DNA from: Minisyncoccia bacterium
GTDB taxonomy: Bacteria > Patescibacteriota > Minisyncoccia > Phycocordibacterales > UBA918
Reading direction: 5' to 3'
Length of the DNA: 64,000 nucleotides
Assembly: GCA_041736805.1 (NCBI GenBank)
Contig: JBGSSW010000011.1
Location: 18,395 to 82,394, forward strand
A program made the translations under genes and the position numbers. Shown in pieces: positions 48,885-58,628 of the stretch. The notes under the pieces are model-generated. The model did no database searches. It worked only from the letters and a program-made list of their open reading frames with translations, and was not told the origin of the DNA. Every line of letters starts with the position of its first letter. Within the stretch, counting starts at the first letter, position 1.

Positions 48885-49048
48885 AGTGTCAGTAGTATAC
48901 GATATACCAGCCAGAACGGGAAATCTTTTGACTGACCAAGAGTGTAGCTCTGGCCTTTTCTATTAAGCTAGACATTTTCACTTTTTTATACTATATTTGG
49001 CGGACCATTTTTGGTACATGGATTTATGTCCATATTTATTAGTTCCTA

Positions 49049-49113
49049 GCGACACACGTTAACCCTGTACTGATGCTTACGGCCCTGAGACTCGGCAGTA
49101 CAGACGCGTGTCG
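49049..49113 (+). promoter_or_regulatory. Structured rpsA 5' leader
   Basis: CGACACACGT..CTGTACTG...CAGTACAG-ACGCGTGTCG long stem about 20 nt upstream of the start codon. Confidence 0.5.
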
Positions 49114-49134
49114 TCGGAATAACACAAAAGAATT

Positions 49135-50244
49135 ATGTCAGAAATTACTTCTTCTGCTTTGTCAGAAGTTAGTGGTGTAATGCAGTCTTATGCTGCCAAC
49201 ACACCAGTTGCCCCGAAGGAAGGTCATCTTATAGACAGTACGGTATCAGCTATTGGCCGAGCTAGAGTATTTGTCGACCTACCACCATTTGGTACTGGAA
49301 TTATCTACGGTCGTGAATACATGAACGCCCGAGATATTCTGCGCAAAGTCTCCGTTGGTGACTCTATTACCGCCAAAGTTGTTACTCCAGAAAATGAAGA
49401 TGGTTATATTGAACTATCTCTCAAAGAAGCTAGACAAGCTCTTATATGGGCTGACGCTGAAGAAGCAGTCAAACGCGGTACGGTCATGAGTCTAGAGGCT
49501 AAAGAAGCTAATAAAGGAGGTCTTATTATTGAATGGCAAGGTATTCAAGGTTTCCTACCAGCTTCACAGCTTTCTACCGACAACTACCCACGCGTAGCTG
49601 ATGGAGACAAAGACAAGATTCTTAATGCTCTTAATGAACTGATTGGTAAGCACCTAAGTGTAGTAATGATTACTGCTGACCAAAAAGAACATAAACTAAT
49701 CTTCTCTGAGAAGGGACTACAGGAGAAAGAAGAGAAAGAAGAGAAGGTCGGTAAGTATGAAGTCGGAGACGTGCTAACCGGTGAAGTTACTGGGGCAGTT
49801 GATTTCGGTATCTTTGTTAAGGTTGAACAAGGCCTCGAAGGACTGGTTCATATTTCTGAACTTGACTGGGGTCTAGTTGAAGACACTCGAGCTCTCTACA
49901 AAGTTGGCGACAAAGTAAAAGTCAAAGTAATTGAAGTTAAGGATGACAAAATTTCTCTATCTATCAAACAATTACGTGAAAATCCTTGGATGGAAGCCGC
50001 TAAGAAGTTCAAGAAAGATCAAATTGTTGATGCGGTTGTTATCAAATACAACAAGCATGGGGCTTTGGCCTCAATTGAAGAAGGTGTAGCTGGTCTAGTT
50101 CATATTTCTGAATTCGAAAAGGAAGAAATGTTGAAGTCTTCCCTTTCACTTGGAAATGTTTACAAGTTCAAAATCACACTTTTTGAACCAACCGAGCAAC
50201 GTATGACTCTGTCTTACAAGGAAGGCAATCCAGTGGCGCAATAA
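49135..50244 (+). CDS. rpsA: 30S ribosomal protein S1 (short, four S1 domains)
   Basis: NKGGL..GFLPASQL, DFGIFV...EGLVHISEL, GLVHISE. Confidence 0.92.
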   Translation: MSEITSSALSEVSGVMQSYAANTPVAPKEGHLIDSTVSAIGRARVFVDLPPFGTGIIYGREYMNARDILRKVSVGDSITAKVVTPENEDGYIELSLKEARQALIWADAEEAVKRGTVMSLEAKEANKGGLIIEWQGIQGFLPASQLSTDNYPRVADGDKDKILNALNELIGKHLSVVMITADQKEHKLIFSEKGLQEKEEKEEKVGKYEVGDVLTGEVTGAVDFGIFVKVEQGLEGLVHISELDWGLVEDTRALYKVGDKVKVKVIEVKDDKISLSIKQLRENPWMEAAKKFKKDQIVDAVVIKYNKHGALASIEEGVAGLVHISEFEKEEMLKSSLSLGNVYKFKITLFEPTEQRMTLSYKEGNPVAQ

Positions 50245-50260
50245 GTAGACCAAGGTGGTA

Positions 50261-50301
50261 AAGATAAAAGGCGGCGAGCGTAGCTCGCCGCCTTTTATCT
50301 T
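50261..50301. terminator. Bidirectional terminator between rpsA and pth
   Basis: AAGATAAAAGGCGGCGAGC-GTA-GCTCGCCGCCTTTTATCTT. Confidence 0.85.
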
Positions 50302-50307
50302 GTTCGC

Positions 50308-50895
50308 TTAATTTAAGGTGTTCATCGCCTTTACATAGCCTTCTTTCACCGTCAAAGTGACAGCTTCGAGTACTTTAGGAAAGACTTCCTCTTTCAATTT
50401 ATTTTTTTCACTACTCGTAAAATTACCCAAGACGAATTTTGGCAAAGCTTCGCCTGACAGAGGTTTGATTTTACCAGTCCAAAAACTTGTTATCCCAACA
50501 CCTATCCGCACTCTAATAAAGGCTCTACTATTTAAAGAGCTAATAATAGATTTAATTCCGTTATGTCCTCCATCACCTCGATCAAAAGAAACCTTTATTT
50601 CTCCGAACGGCAGAGCCACATCATCATAAAGCACAATTAAATTAGAAATTTCTTGGTCGGGGACAAATTTCCTAACTGCTTGCCCGCAGTGATTCATGAA
50701 GGTTTCAGGGTACAAGAAACTGACCGATTCATTTTCTACTATCCCGCTGGTGTGTTTTCCTAAAAAGTCATTTGATTTTTCTAAACTAGGAAAATCAAAT
50801 GACTCAATAATGAAATCCAGGGCTTTAAAGCCAACGTTATGACGATTGTTGATATATTCTTCTCCTGGATTTCCTAAAGCCACTACGTAATACAT
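50308..50895 (-). CDS. pth: Peptidyl-tRNA hydrolase
   Basis: LGNPG..Y..NRHNVGF, P.TFMN, GGHNG.KS, R.RIGVG. Confidence 0.95.
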   Translation of the reverse strand: MYYVVALGNPGEEYINNRHNVGFKALDFIIESFDFPSLEKSNDFLGKHTSGIVENESVSFLYPETFMNHCGQAVRKFVPDQEISNLIVLYDDVALPFGEIKVSFDRGDGGHNGIKSIISSLNSRAFIRVRIGVGITSFWTGKIKPLSGEALPKFVLGNFTSSEKNKLKEEVFPKVLEAVTLTVKEGYVKAMNTLN

Positions 50896-51305
50896 GATAC
50901 ATAGAATATCACAACCTTAAATCTGAGGTTGAGTAAATTATTTTCAGCTAGGGTATTTAGATACAATTTTGTGGTAAATACGAACCTCGAATTCGAACGA
51001 TTTGCCCTAGGAAAGGATAGTCTCCCTTTCCATAATACATAAGTAAAATAATGAGCGTGACGAATATATTTTAATTATATCCTGATTTTTTCTCTCCCTG
51101 ATAAAATCATCAGACAAAGTAACTTATATACTTTGCGTGGTTTGTTTTTATTACTACTTGGCAGGCCACTACAGTCGACCGCTCCCTGCGGGGTCGCGGC
51201 TCGACTAAGTGTCTGCATAAGTAAAATATAGTCGCGCTTTGCGCTCCTTATTTCTACTTATTGTTTTTACTTTTTCATTCAAGTATAATGATGTAAATTT
51301 AAGTT

Positions 51306-51965
51306 ATGAATTTGTTTTCACAAAAAAAACACGAAGAAAATAATGAGTATAAATGGCCTGAAGAGGACGAAAACAATGACGAACCCGAAGAAAAAAAAGA
51401 AAATTCTATTGTCGAGATTTTGCGGTTTTCTCTAATTGCACTTCTAATAGTTATTCCTGTCAGAATGTTTATTGCCCAACCTTTTATTGTGTCTGGAGCT
51501 TCAATGAAAGAAACTTTTCATAATGGTGAGTACTTAATTGTTGACCAAGTAAGTTATCATTTACATTCCCCTCAAAGAGGTGACGTAATAGTTTTCCGTT
51601 ACCCTAGGGACCCATCTAAATATTTTATTAAAAGAATAATTGGTGTTCCAGGCGATACGATTTCAATTGAAAACAGCATTGTCTCAATAACTAACGAAGG
51701 CCACCCTGAAGGCTTTAATCTAAACGAACCTTACATAAAATCCATGAAGCCTAATGTAGCCATGTCAGAAACTCTAGGCGATAGAGAATACTTTGTCATG
51801 GGTGATAACCGAGATGAAAGTTCTGATTCTCGAGTTTGGGGAGTTTTGCAAGAGGAAAGAATCATTGGGAAAGCTTTCTTGAGGCTCTTCCCCTTCAGTG
51901 AGGTTTCCATACTACCCGGTGAATCAGATGAAAGTATTATGAATAGCGTAAAAATAGCTAAATAA
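51306..51965 (+). CDS. lepB: Signal peptidase I
   Basis: SGASM, YFIKRIIG.PGD, GDNR..S.DSR.WG. Confidence 0.95.
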   Translation: MNLFSQKKHEENNEYKWPEEDENNDEPEEKKENSIVEILRFSLIALLIVIPVRMFIAQPFIVSGASMKETFHNGEYLIVDQVSYHLHSPQRGDVIVFRYPRDPSKYFIKRIIGVPGDTISIENSIVSITNEGHPEGFNLNEPYIKSMKPNVAMSETLGDREYFVMGDNRDESSDSRVWGVLQEERIIGKAFLRLFPFSEVSILPGESDESIMNSVKIAK

Positions 51966-51972
51966 GCAACTT

Positions 51973-53139
51973 ATGAAATATTCACCCACAGAATTTCTAA
52001 AGATTGCCACTAACACCGCAGAACATTTCGGTTTTCGTACAGTTAATACTCTAAAAAAGGATCCTCTGTGTAAAAACTGTGAAATACCTCTCTCCTATAC
52101 TCCAGCCGAATCCGATAACAAGAAAGGTTCTCAAGAGGGTTTATTAACTAGTGGGGTATTCACTTTCTGTTCTGAAAATCTACACGCTTTAAATGCTCCT
52201 GTTTTACTTTACTCACTTGACCAACTTCCCGACTCTAATAGTACAGCTGTTACTTTCAGTATTTTCAACGTTCAAAAAAGTATTGCTGAAGCGATACTGA
52301 TTCAAGCCAGTCGCTCTCTCTTGCAAGAAGCCGGTCAAGAAAATCACTTAGTGAAAATTAATTCGCTTGGAGACAATGAGTCTAGTACTCGTTACAATCG
52401 AGAATTAACAAACTTTCTTAAGAAAAGACTAGATGTCATGCCCCCCTCTGCTCGAGAATTAATGAAAAAGCATCCTTTTTTGGCTCTCGCAAACTTGCTA
52501 GAGCTTGAACATGAGTTGGCCGTTCGTAGCCCTAACCCACTTGAATACTTAAGCGACCCGAGTCGAAAGCATTTCCGTGAAATTGTTGAATACTTGGACA
52601 TGACTGAAACCCCATACGAAATTGATCCAAAGATGATGGGTCATCACGAATATTTTTCTGACGCCTTATTTTCAATTGAATCAACCGATGAATTTATAGT
52701 TGGAGAACCAGCTATCTCGGTTAAGGGTGGCCGTTATGATGAATTTGTTTTCAGAAAAACCCGAAATCGTATCCCTGCCGCTGGTGCGGTTGTGACTTAT
52801 AGTAATGCCAAACAGCCCACTCGTTTACCAAAAGCAAAATCAATGAACCCTTCTGTTTACGTTGTACAACTTGGTTTTGGACCAAAAATCAGAAGTCTAA
52901 TGATAATTGAACAGCTAAAAAATGCTGGTATTCCCGTAAGACACGATTTGGCTAGCGATTCACTTTCCACTCAACTACGAGACGCTGAGTCAAAAGGGGT
53001 CCTTTATACCGTCATAATCGGACAAAAAGAATTTGTTGATCAAACAGTTATTTTACGTGACATGAAGGCCCGCAACCAAGAGAATGTCCCAATTGACACT
53101 ATGATTAAAAAACTTAAAAAACAGTTGTCTTTAGCATAA
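51973..53139 (+). CDS. Degenerate histidyl-tRNA-synthetase-like protein with anticodon-binding domain
   Basis: HisRS-like VKINSLG, NPL..L, YEIDP and GGRYD, plus a C-terminal HGTP-type domain. Motif 2, RGLDYY and the motif 3 Arg are not recognisable. Confidence 0.8.
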   Translation: MKYSPTEFLKIATNTAEHFGFRTVNTLKKDPLCKNCEIPLSYTPAESDNKKGSQEGLLTSGVFTFCSENLHALNAPVLLYSLDQLPDSNSTAVTFSIFNVQKSIAEAILIQASRSLLQEAGQENHLVKINSLGDNESSTRYNRELTNFLKKRLDVMPPSARELMKKHPFLALANLLELEHELAVRSPNPLEYLSDPSRKHFREIVEYLDMTETPYEIDPKMMGHHEYFSDALFSIESTDEFIVGEPAISVKGGRYDEFVFRKTRNRIPAAGAVVTYSNAKQPTRLPKAKSMNPSVYVVQLGFGPKIRSLMIIEQLKNAGIPVRHDLASDSLSTQLRDAESKGVLYTVIIGQKEFVDQTVILRDMKARNQENVPIDTMIKKLKKQLSLA

Positions 53140-53190
53140 TCTAAAAACGCTTGCGAATATCCCTGCTTAATGATATGCTCTTGCCCACAT

Positions 53191-53436
53191 ATGGCAATAA
53201 ACGTCCAAGTTGAAAAAAACAACAATGAAAGTAGTGCTAACGTCATTCGACGTTTTACTAAGCGAGTGCAAGGAGCAGGAATTGTTCCTAAGGCCCGAGC
53301 AGGTCGCTACTACACTCGTATCAAGAGTGAAAATGTACAACGTACGGCAAAGTTAAAAAAACTAGCTAAGAAAGAAACTTACGAAAAACTTCTGAAGCTG
53401 GGAAAGATTCCAGAACAAAGAGGCTATCGTCGTTAA
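53191..53436 (+). CDS. rpsU: 30S ribosomal protein bS21
   Basis: V....NES....IRRF.K.VQ..GI....R..YY pattern. Confidence 0.8.
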   Translation: MAINVQVEKNNNESSANVIRRFTKRVQGAGIVPKARAGRYYTRIKSENVQRTAKLKKLAKKETYEKLLKLGKIPEQRGYRR

Positions 53437-53471
53437 CAAAAACCCCTTCTCTACTTGAAGGGGTTTTTGTT
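53435..53471 (+). terminator. Terminator after rpsU
   Basis: AACAAAAACCCCTTC-TCTACTT-GAAGGGGTTTTTGTT. Confidence 0.8.
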
Positions 53472-53498
53472 TGTTCTTTGGTATGTCATACTGACCTT

Positions 53499-53885
53499 AT
53501 GTCTGAACAAAATTTTTCTATTTCTAGCACTATTTCTAAATACCCAAATTTTCCCTACTTGGAAATTAAAGAAGCTATTTTAGGTAAAAAATACCTATTG
53601 TCTCTAGCTTTTATTGGTACAAAAAGAGCTCAAAAATTAAATGTCGACTATAGAAAAAAAACTTACGTACCAAACGTACTATCATTTCCACTCGATGCAG
53701 AGCAAGGTGAAATATTCATTTGTCCGGAAATTGCTTACCCTGAAGCTAAAGATTTTAATTTAACTAAAGATGGTTATATTGCTTTCTTGTTTATGCACGG
53801 TTTACTACATTTGAAAGGACATGACCATGGCGATACAATGGAATCACTTGAGCGACGTTATATGAAAAAATACTCTATAGCCTAG
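53499..53885 (+). CDS. ybeY: rRNA maturation endoribonuclease YbeY
   Basis: LN..YR....NVLSFP, GEIFIC, HGLLHLKGHDH. Confidence 0.92.
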   Translation: MSEQNFSISSTISKYPNFPYLEIKEAILGKKYLLSLAFIGTKRAQKLNVDYRKKTYVPNVLSFPLDAEQGEIFICPEIAYPEAKDFNLTKDGYIAFLFMHGLLHLKGHDHGDTMESLERRYMKKYSIA

Positions 53886-53898
53886 TATCAAAACCATT

Positions 53899-55068
53899 AT
53901 GGCAGAACACATTATCACAGGAATAGACGTAGGGACTTACCATGTAAAAGTGGCTATTGCGCGCCTACCCAAAAATGCCACCGAAAGGTCTATCCCCGAA
54001 ATAATTGGCACGGGCTTTGCTGAAACCCGGGGACTTAAAAGTGGCTACATCATGCAAAGCGATGAAGTATCTCGTAGTATAAAAAGTGCCGTTGCTCAAG
54101 CGGAAAAAAGCGCTGGTGTCATCGTCAAAAAGGCCCATGTAGCGATAGGAAGCATCGGTCTTGAGGAAACCTACTCACGCGGTGAAATTATTCCAGCTAG
54201 AGCAGATTCTGAAGTAACTACGACTGACATTGAAAAGGTCATGCAAGATAGCGAGGATAGGATTATTGACCATATTCCCAATCGAAAAATCCTACACAAC
54301 ATCCCCTTACGCTATTCTGTCGATGGCAAAGAGGTTTTAGGTCGTCCGCAAGGTATGCGCGGGACCAAACTGGAAGTTGATACTCTTTTTATTACTTCCT
54401 ATGAACAACATATTAATGATTTAATGTCAGCCATTGAAAGTATCGGTATATACGTCGAGGATGTTATTGCTTCCCCTTTGGCCGCAAGTTTTGTCATGTT
54501 GAACAAAACCCAAAAAAGAGCTGGTTGTATTCTTACCAACATCGGTTCCGAAACTACTTCAATTGTAGTTTTTGAAGACAATACCCCTATTTCACTAAAA
54601 ATATTTCCAACTGGCTCAAATGATATAACCAACGATATTGCCCTCGGACTCAAGGTACCGATTGAGGAAGCTGAAAAAATTAAAAGAGGAGGAATGACAA
54701 GTGCCACTTTTTCTAAAAAGAAATTAGACGAGATTGTTCAAAATCGCTTAAATACTATTTTTGGTCTAATTGACGCCCACCTCAAAAAAATTAAGCGTGA
54801 CGGTTTGCTTCCTGCCGGAATCATCCTAACCGGTGGAGGATCTAATACTCATGCCATTACTGATGTCGCAAAAAACGTTCTGTCTCTACCAGCCAGAACT
54901 GCCACTTTAGAAATAGGGAAAAATACTAAAGTAAAGGATGCCACTTGGGCTGTTGCTTACGGTTTATGCATGTGGGGAGCAAGTGATACTGAAGACTCCT
55001 CCACTTTAGGGATTGTTAAACAAACGAGAAAGAATATATTCTCTTGGTTTAATCAATTCTTACCATAA
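53899..55068 (+). CDS. ftsA: Cell division protein FtsA
   Basis: GIDVGT..VK, G..ITNDIA.GL.....AEKIK, LTGGG; upstream of ftsZ. Confidence 0.95.
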   Translation: MAEHIITGIDVGTYHVKVAIARLPKNATERSIPEIIGTGFAETRGLKSGYIMQSDEVSRSIKSAVAQAEKSAGVIVKKAHVAIGSIGLEETYSRGEIIPARADSEVTTTDIEKVMQDSEDRIIDHIPNRKILHNIPLRYSVDGKEVLGRPQGMRGTKLEVDTLFITSYEQHINDLMSAIESIGIYVEDVIASPLAASFVMLNKTQKRAGCILTNIGSETTSIVVFEDNTPISLKIFPTGSNDITNDIALGLKVPIEEAEKIKRGGMTSATFSKKKLDEIVQNRLNTIFGLIDAHLKKIKRDGLLPAGIILTGGGSNTHAITDVAKNVLSLPARTATLEIGKNTKVKDATWAVAYGLCMWGASDTEDSSTLGIVKQTRKNIFSWFNQFLP

Positions 55069-55207
55069 CAAAAGATAGTTTTTGTCAATCACATGAAAAA
55101 GATATGTGTCAATATCGTGACAGATAGTTTTTTAGGCTGTATGATTACAGAGCTTATTAAATAGAGGTACTCAGGGGTGGGTACGAGCAAAATTTTATAA
55201 AATTTTT

Positions 55208-56458
55208 ATGGAACAAATAAAATCAGACGTTGAATCATTTGCACGTATTCGTGTAGTTGGAGTCGGTGGTTCTGGAGGAAACGCCGTCAATCATATGGTT
55301 GCTTCAAAAGTTAAAGGTGTGGAGTTTATCGCTATTAATAGTGATGCTCAAGACCTGCACCACTCACTAGCTAAGAAAAAAATTCACGTTGGAAAAAATC
55401 TTACCCGTGGACTAGGAGCTGGTGGTAATCCAGACATGGGCCGCAGGGCTGCTGAAGAGACTCGTGAAGAAATTGCTAATGCTATTAAGGGCTCCGACAT
55501 GATTTTCATTACTGGTGGAATGGGTGGAGGAACAGGTACAGGAGCAGCTCCGGTTGTTGCAAAAATTGCCCGTGAGAGTGGGGCCTTAACAGTAGGGGTT
55601 GTTACCAAACCTTTCTTATTTGAGGGACAAGAACGTATGCGCTTAGCCATGCAGGGTATTGAAGAACTCAAAAAAGAAGTCGATGCTCTTATCACCATCC
55701 CTAACGACCGCCTCCTTGCTATTGTTGACCGCGAAACAACTGTGCAGAATGCTTTTGAACAGTGCGACAATGTACTTAAACAAGCAGTTGAGGGTATTTC
55801 AGACCTCATCACTATGCCAGGTATCATTAACGTCGACTTTGCAGATATCCGTAGTGTGATGGAAAATGCAGGCTCTGCTTTAATGGGAGTTGGATTATCT
55901 ACTGGTGAAAAACGAGCTGAAGATGCTGCCCAAAGAGCTATTAACTCTCCGCTACTAGAAGTATCAATTACTGGCGCTAAGGGAGTTCTCTTTGCTATAG
56001 CAGGTGGAGACGACTTAGCGATGCTTGAAATCCAAGATGCGGCTAGGATAATTACTGAGTCTATTGACCCTCATGCCAAAGTTATTTTTGGAGCTATTAA
56101 AGATGAGAAACTAAAAAAGAATGAACTCAAAGTTACTGTTATTGCCACCGGTTTCCCAGAAGAAACAACTTCTTCATACAATAGTATTTCAAGAAGAGTT
56201 CCTACGGCTGCTCCGAGTCGAGTGGAACCTGAAGATGAAGTTGTAGAATCTTCACGAGGAAAGATTTTTAATTCTCTTTCTATGCCAAAGAAAGTAGAGT
56301 CCGAGACAAACTCGCAAACAGCACCAACAAATTCTACTCTTAAACAACCTGAGGTTATTAAGCGTGAACCTAAACCAGTTGACCCTATTGATGAAGAAGA
56401 TGATGGAGATGATTGGGGCGCGGTTCCCGCTTTTCTCAGACGCTCAAAATTAAAATAA
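55208..56458 (+). CDS. ftsZ: Cell division protein FtsZ
   Basis: [24 protein letters not shown]-terminal VPAFLRR. Confidence 0.98.
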   Translation: MEQIKSDVESFARIRVVGVGGSGGNAVNHMVASKVKGVEFIAINSDAQDLHHSLAKKKIHVGKNLTRGLGAGGNPDMGRRAAEETREEIANAIKGSDMIFITGGMGGGTGTGAAPVVAKIARESGALTVGVVTKPFLFEGQERMRLAMQGIEELKKEVDALITIPNDRLLAIVDRETTVQNAFEQCDNVLKQAVEGISDLITMPGIINVDFADIRSVMENAGSALMGVGLSTGEKRAEDAAQRAINSPLLEVSITGAKGVLFAIAGGDDLAMLEIQDAARIITESIDPHAKVIFGAIKDEKLKKNELKVTVIATGFPEETTSSYNSISRRVPTAAPSRVEPEDEVVESSRGKIFNSLSMPKKVESETNSQTAPTNSTLKQPEVIKREPKPVDPIDEEDDGDDWGAVPAFLRRSKLK

Positions 56459-56562
56459 ACTTTATCCGATCAAGAACAAAATGCTACCCTAACGGGTGGT
56501 TTTTTGTTCTTCTTACTATCCTGCGGTACAATAGCACCACTAAGAAATAATAATTACTTTTT

Positions 56563-57483
56563 ATGTACGAATTGACGATTATAGGTGGAGGTCCAGCCGG
56601 GATTGCAGCAGGAGTCTATGCTTCGCGTAAACAACTTAAAACCCTTTTTATTACCAAAGACTGGGGTGGTCAAAGTATTGTTTCGACCGATATTCAAAAC
56701 TGGATTGGTACACCTTCAATTGAAGGTTCTAAGCTGGCTGACAATCTACGCACCCATCTAGAAACTTACGCAGGTGAGTATGTTGATATAAAAAACGGTT
56801 CTTTAGTCAAGAAAATTGAAAAAAATGGGTCTGGTTTCAATGTCCATTTAGACAATGGCGAAACTTTTGAATCTAAAACTATTTTAGTTGCTAGTGGTTC
56901 AGAAAGACGCAAACTTCCCGCTACCAACTCTGATATCTTTGAACACAAAGGTCTTACTTATTGCGCCAGTTGTGATGGTCCTATCTTTTCAGGACAAGAT
57001 GTAGTAGTGGTTGGAGGAGGTAACGCTGCTTTCGAGACAGCTGCTCAACTACTAGCCTACACCAAGAGTGTCACCTTACTTCAGCGACATGATGTTTATA
57101 AAGCTGACCCTGTTACCGTTGAAAAAGTCCTGTCCCACCCAAACATGAGGGGTATTAAGAATGTTGAAGTAAAAGAAATTATTGGAGACAAATTTGTTTC
57201 TGGATTAAAATACCTTGATGAAAATAAGGAAATGCAGACCCTAGCGGTGACGGGCATTTTTGTGGAAATTGGAATGATACCAAATACTGATTATTTAAAA
57301 GATGTCGTTGAATTGGATACTTATAACCGTGTAATAATAGATCCATGGACCCAAAAGACAAAGGCGGAAGGTATCTGGGCGGCTGGTGATTGTACAAATG
57401 TTCTTTACCACCAAAATAATATTGCCGCTGGTGATGCTGTCCGTGCCATTGAAGACATTTATGTAACCCTTAGAGCAAAATAA
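56563..57483 (+). CDS. trxB: Thioredoxin reductase (TrxB/AhpF C-domain type)
   Basis: GGGPAG, YCASCDGP, GGGNAA, AAGDCT. Confidence 0.9.
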   Translation: MYELTIIGGGPAGIAAGVYASRKQLKTLFITKDWGGQSIVSTDIQNWIGTPSIEGSKLADNLRTHLETYAGEYVDIKNGSLVKKIEKNGSGFNVHLDNGETFESKTILVASGSERRKLPATNSDIFEHKGLTYCASCDGPIFSGQDVVVVGGGNAAFETAAQLLAYTKSVTLLQRHDVYKADPVTVEKVLSHPNMRGIKNVEVKEIIGDKFVSGLKYLDENKEMQTLAVTGIFVEIGMIPNTDYLKDVVELDTYNRVIIDPWTQKTKAEGIWAAGDCTNVLYHQNNIAAGDAVRAIEDIYVTLRAK

Positions 57484-57496
57484 TTATTTCAGATAT

Positions 57497-57530
57497 AGCA
57501 AAAGGCACCCCTCCAGGTGCCTTTTGCTTT
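57497..57530 (+). terminator. Terminator after trxB
   Basis: AGCAAAAGGCACC-CCTCCA-GGTGCCTTTTGCTTT. Confidence 0.8.
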
Positions 57531-57931
57531 TGTACAACGTAGAGTTGGCCTGGGCGCTTTGCTCTTAAATTAGAGCGTGTATTTAGAATACATCACCACC
57601 GCACAGGCCTGATACAAGCTTCTCATGTCTTTGACAGATAGGTCAATATTTGATAAAAGCCTTATTTTTAGCCAAACTGTGTATAAAGCTGTGTAAAAGG
57701 TCTGGAAAACTATGTATAGAACCTTGGTTATAAAGTATGTAAAAGCTTGTTGAGGCTTAAGTTTTTACGTTGCGGGAAAATATTGAAAAAAGCTAAATTT
57801 CTTACTTAATTTTTTTGCTACTGAAATCAATATCTACTAAACCAAAAAAAACTTTTCCACTTACTATAATATTAAATATTTTGTGGCTGGAATTTATTGC
57901 TATTTCTGTTACTATGTGGCGAACCCTAAAC

Positions 57932-58003
57932 GGCCCCATCGTCTAACGGCTAGGACACTTGGTTCTCATCCAAGAAATCGGAGTTCGATTCTCCGTGGGG
58001 TCA
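57932..58003 (+). tRNA. tRNA-Glu(CTC)
   Basis: GGCCCCA/TGGGGTC, CTTGG-TTCTCAT-CCAAG. Confidence 0.95.
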
Positions 58004-58053
58004 CAAAATACAAAAGACACATTCCCAAAGAATGTGTCTTTTGTATTTTGTGA
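58001..58053 (+). repeat. Perfect 24-bp hairpin starting in the tRNA-Glu 3' end
   Basis: TCACAAAATACAAAAGACACATTC-CCAAA-GAATGTGTCTTTTGTATTTTGTGA. Confidence 0.85.
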
Positions 58054-58628
58054 GGAAGCAGATTATTGCATAGGAAAGGCCTATGCCAAGCAGGCCTATG
58101 CCAAGCAAAATACTGAACTAAATAGTCAGTCGTACTAGCGTAGACAAAATTTCTAACATTAAAAATGTTTGACTGTATCGCCTCCACTAAAAACGGCGGT
58201 CGGTAAAACTGTTTGATCAAGAGCCCAGTCTCTGTCCAGTGAAGGTCTAATTGAATGATAGTAAAAAATTAAAACTCCTATTACTAAAATATAAAAAAGT
58301 TTGCGCATATGATTTTTTAAGTATAACAAAAGACGTCTTACGACGTCTTTTGTTATACTTTCAACAACTGAAAACTATCCTATATTTCCCCAGTAATTTC
58401 CCCAGTAATTTCCCATTGCAAAAGCGAAGCATAGAGTAACGGCCCACACCATTAATTGATTTGTCGGTACATTCTTCATAAAAAGATAGTAAAATATTAA
58501 AACTTCAGCTTTATTATTATACCACTAAATAAGGAGACCTTTGAAAAAAGATATAAACACCTAAAGAAGAGCTGTAAATATGACTTATTCTGGTATACTA
58601 AATTTTCACTTAAAAAGTCTTGGTCAAT

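Noticed and set aside
49060-49110. Possible hammerhead ribozyme or SRP RNA upstream of rpsA
   Set aside because: CTGATG is not followed by A-stem II-GAAA, and the SRP CAGG/GGAA/AGCA loop motif is absent.
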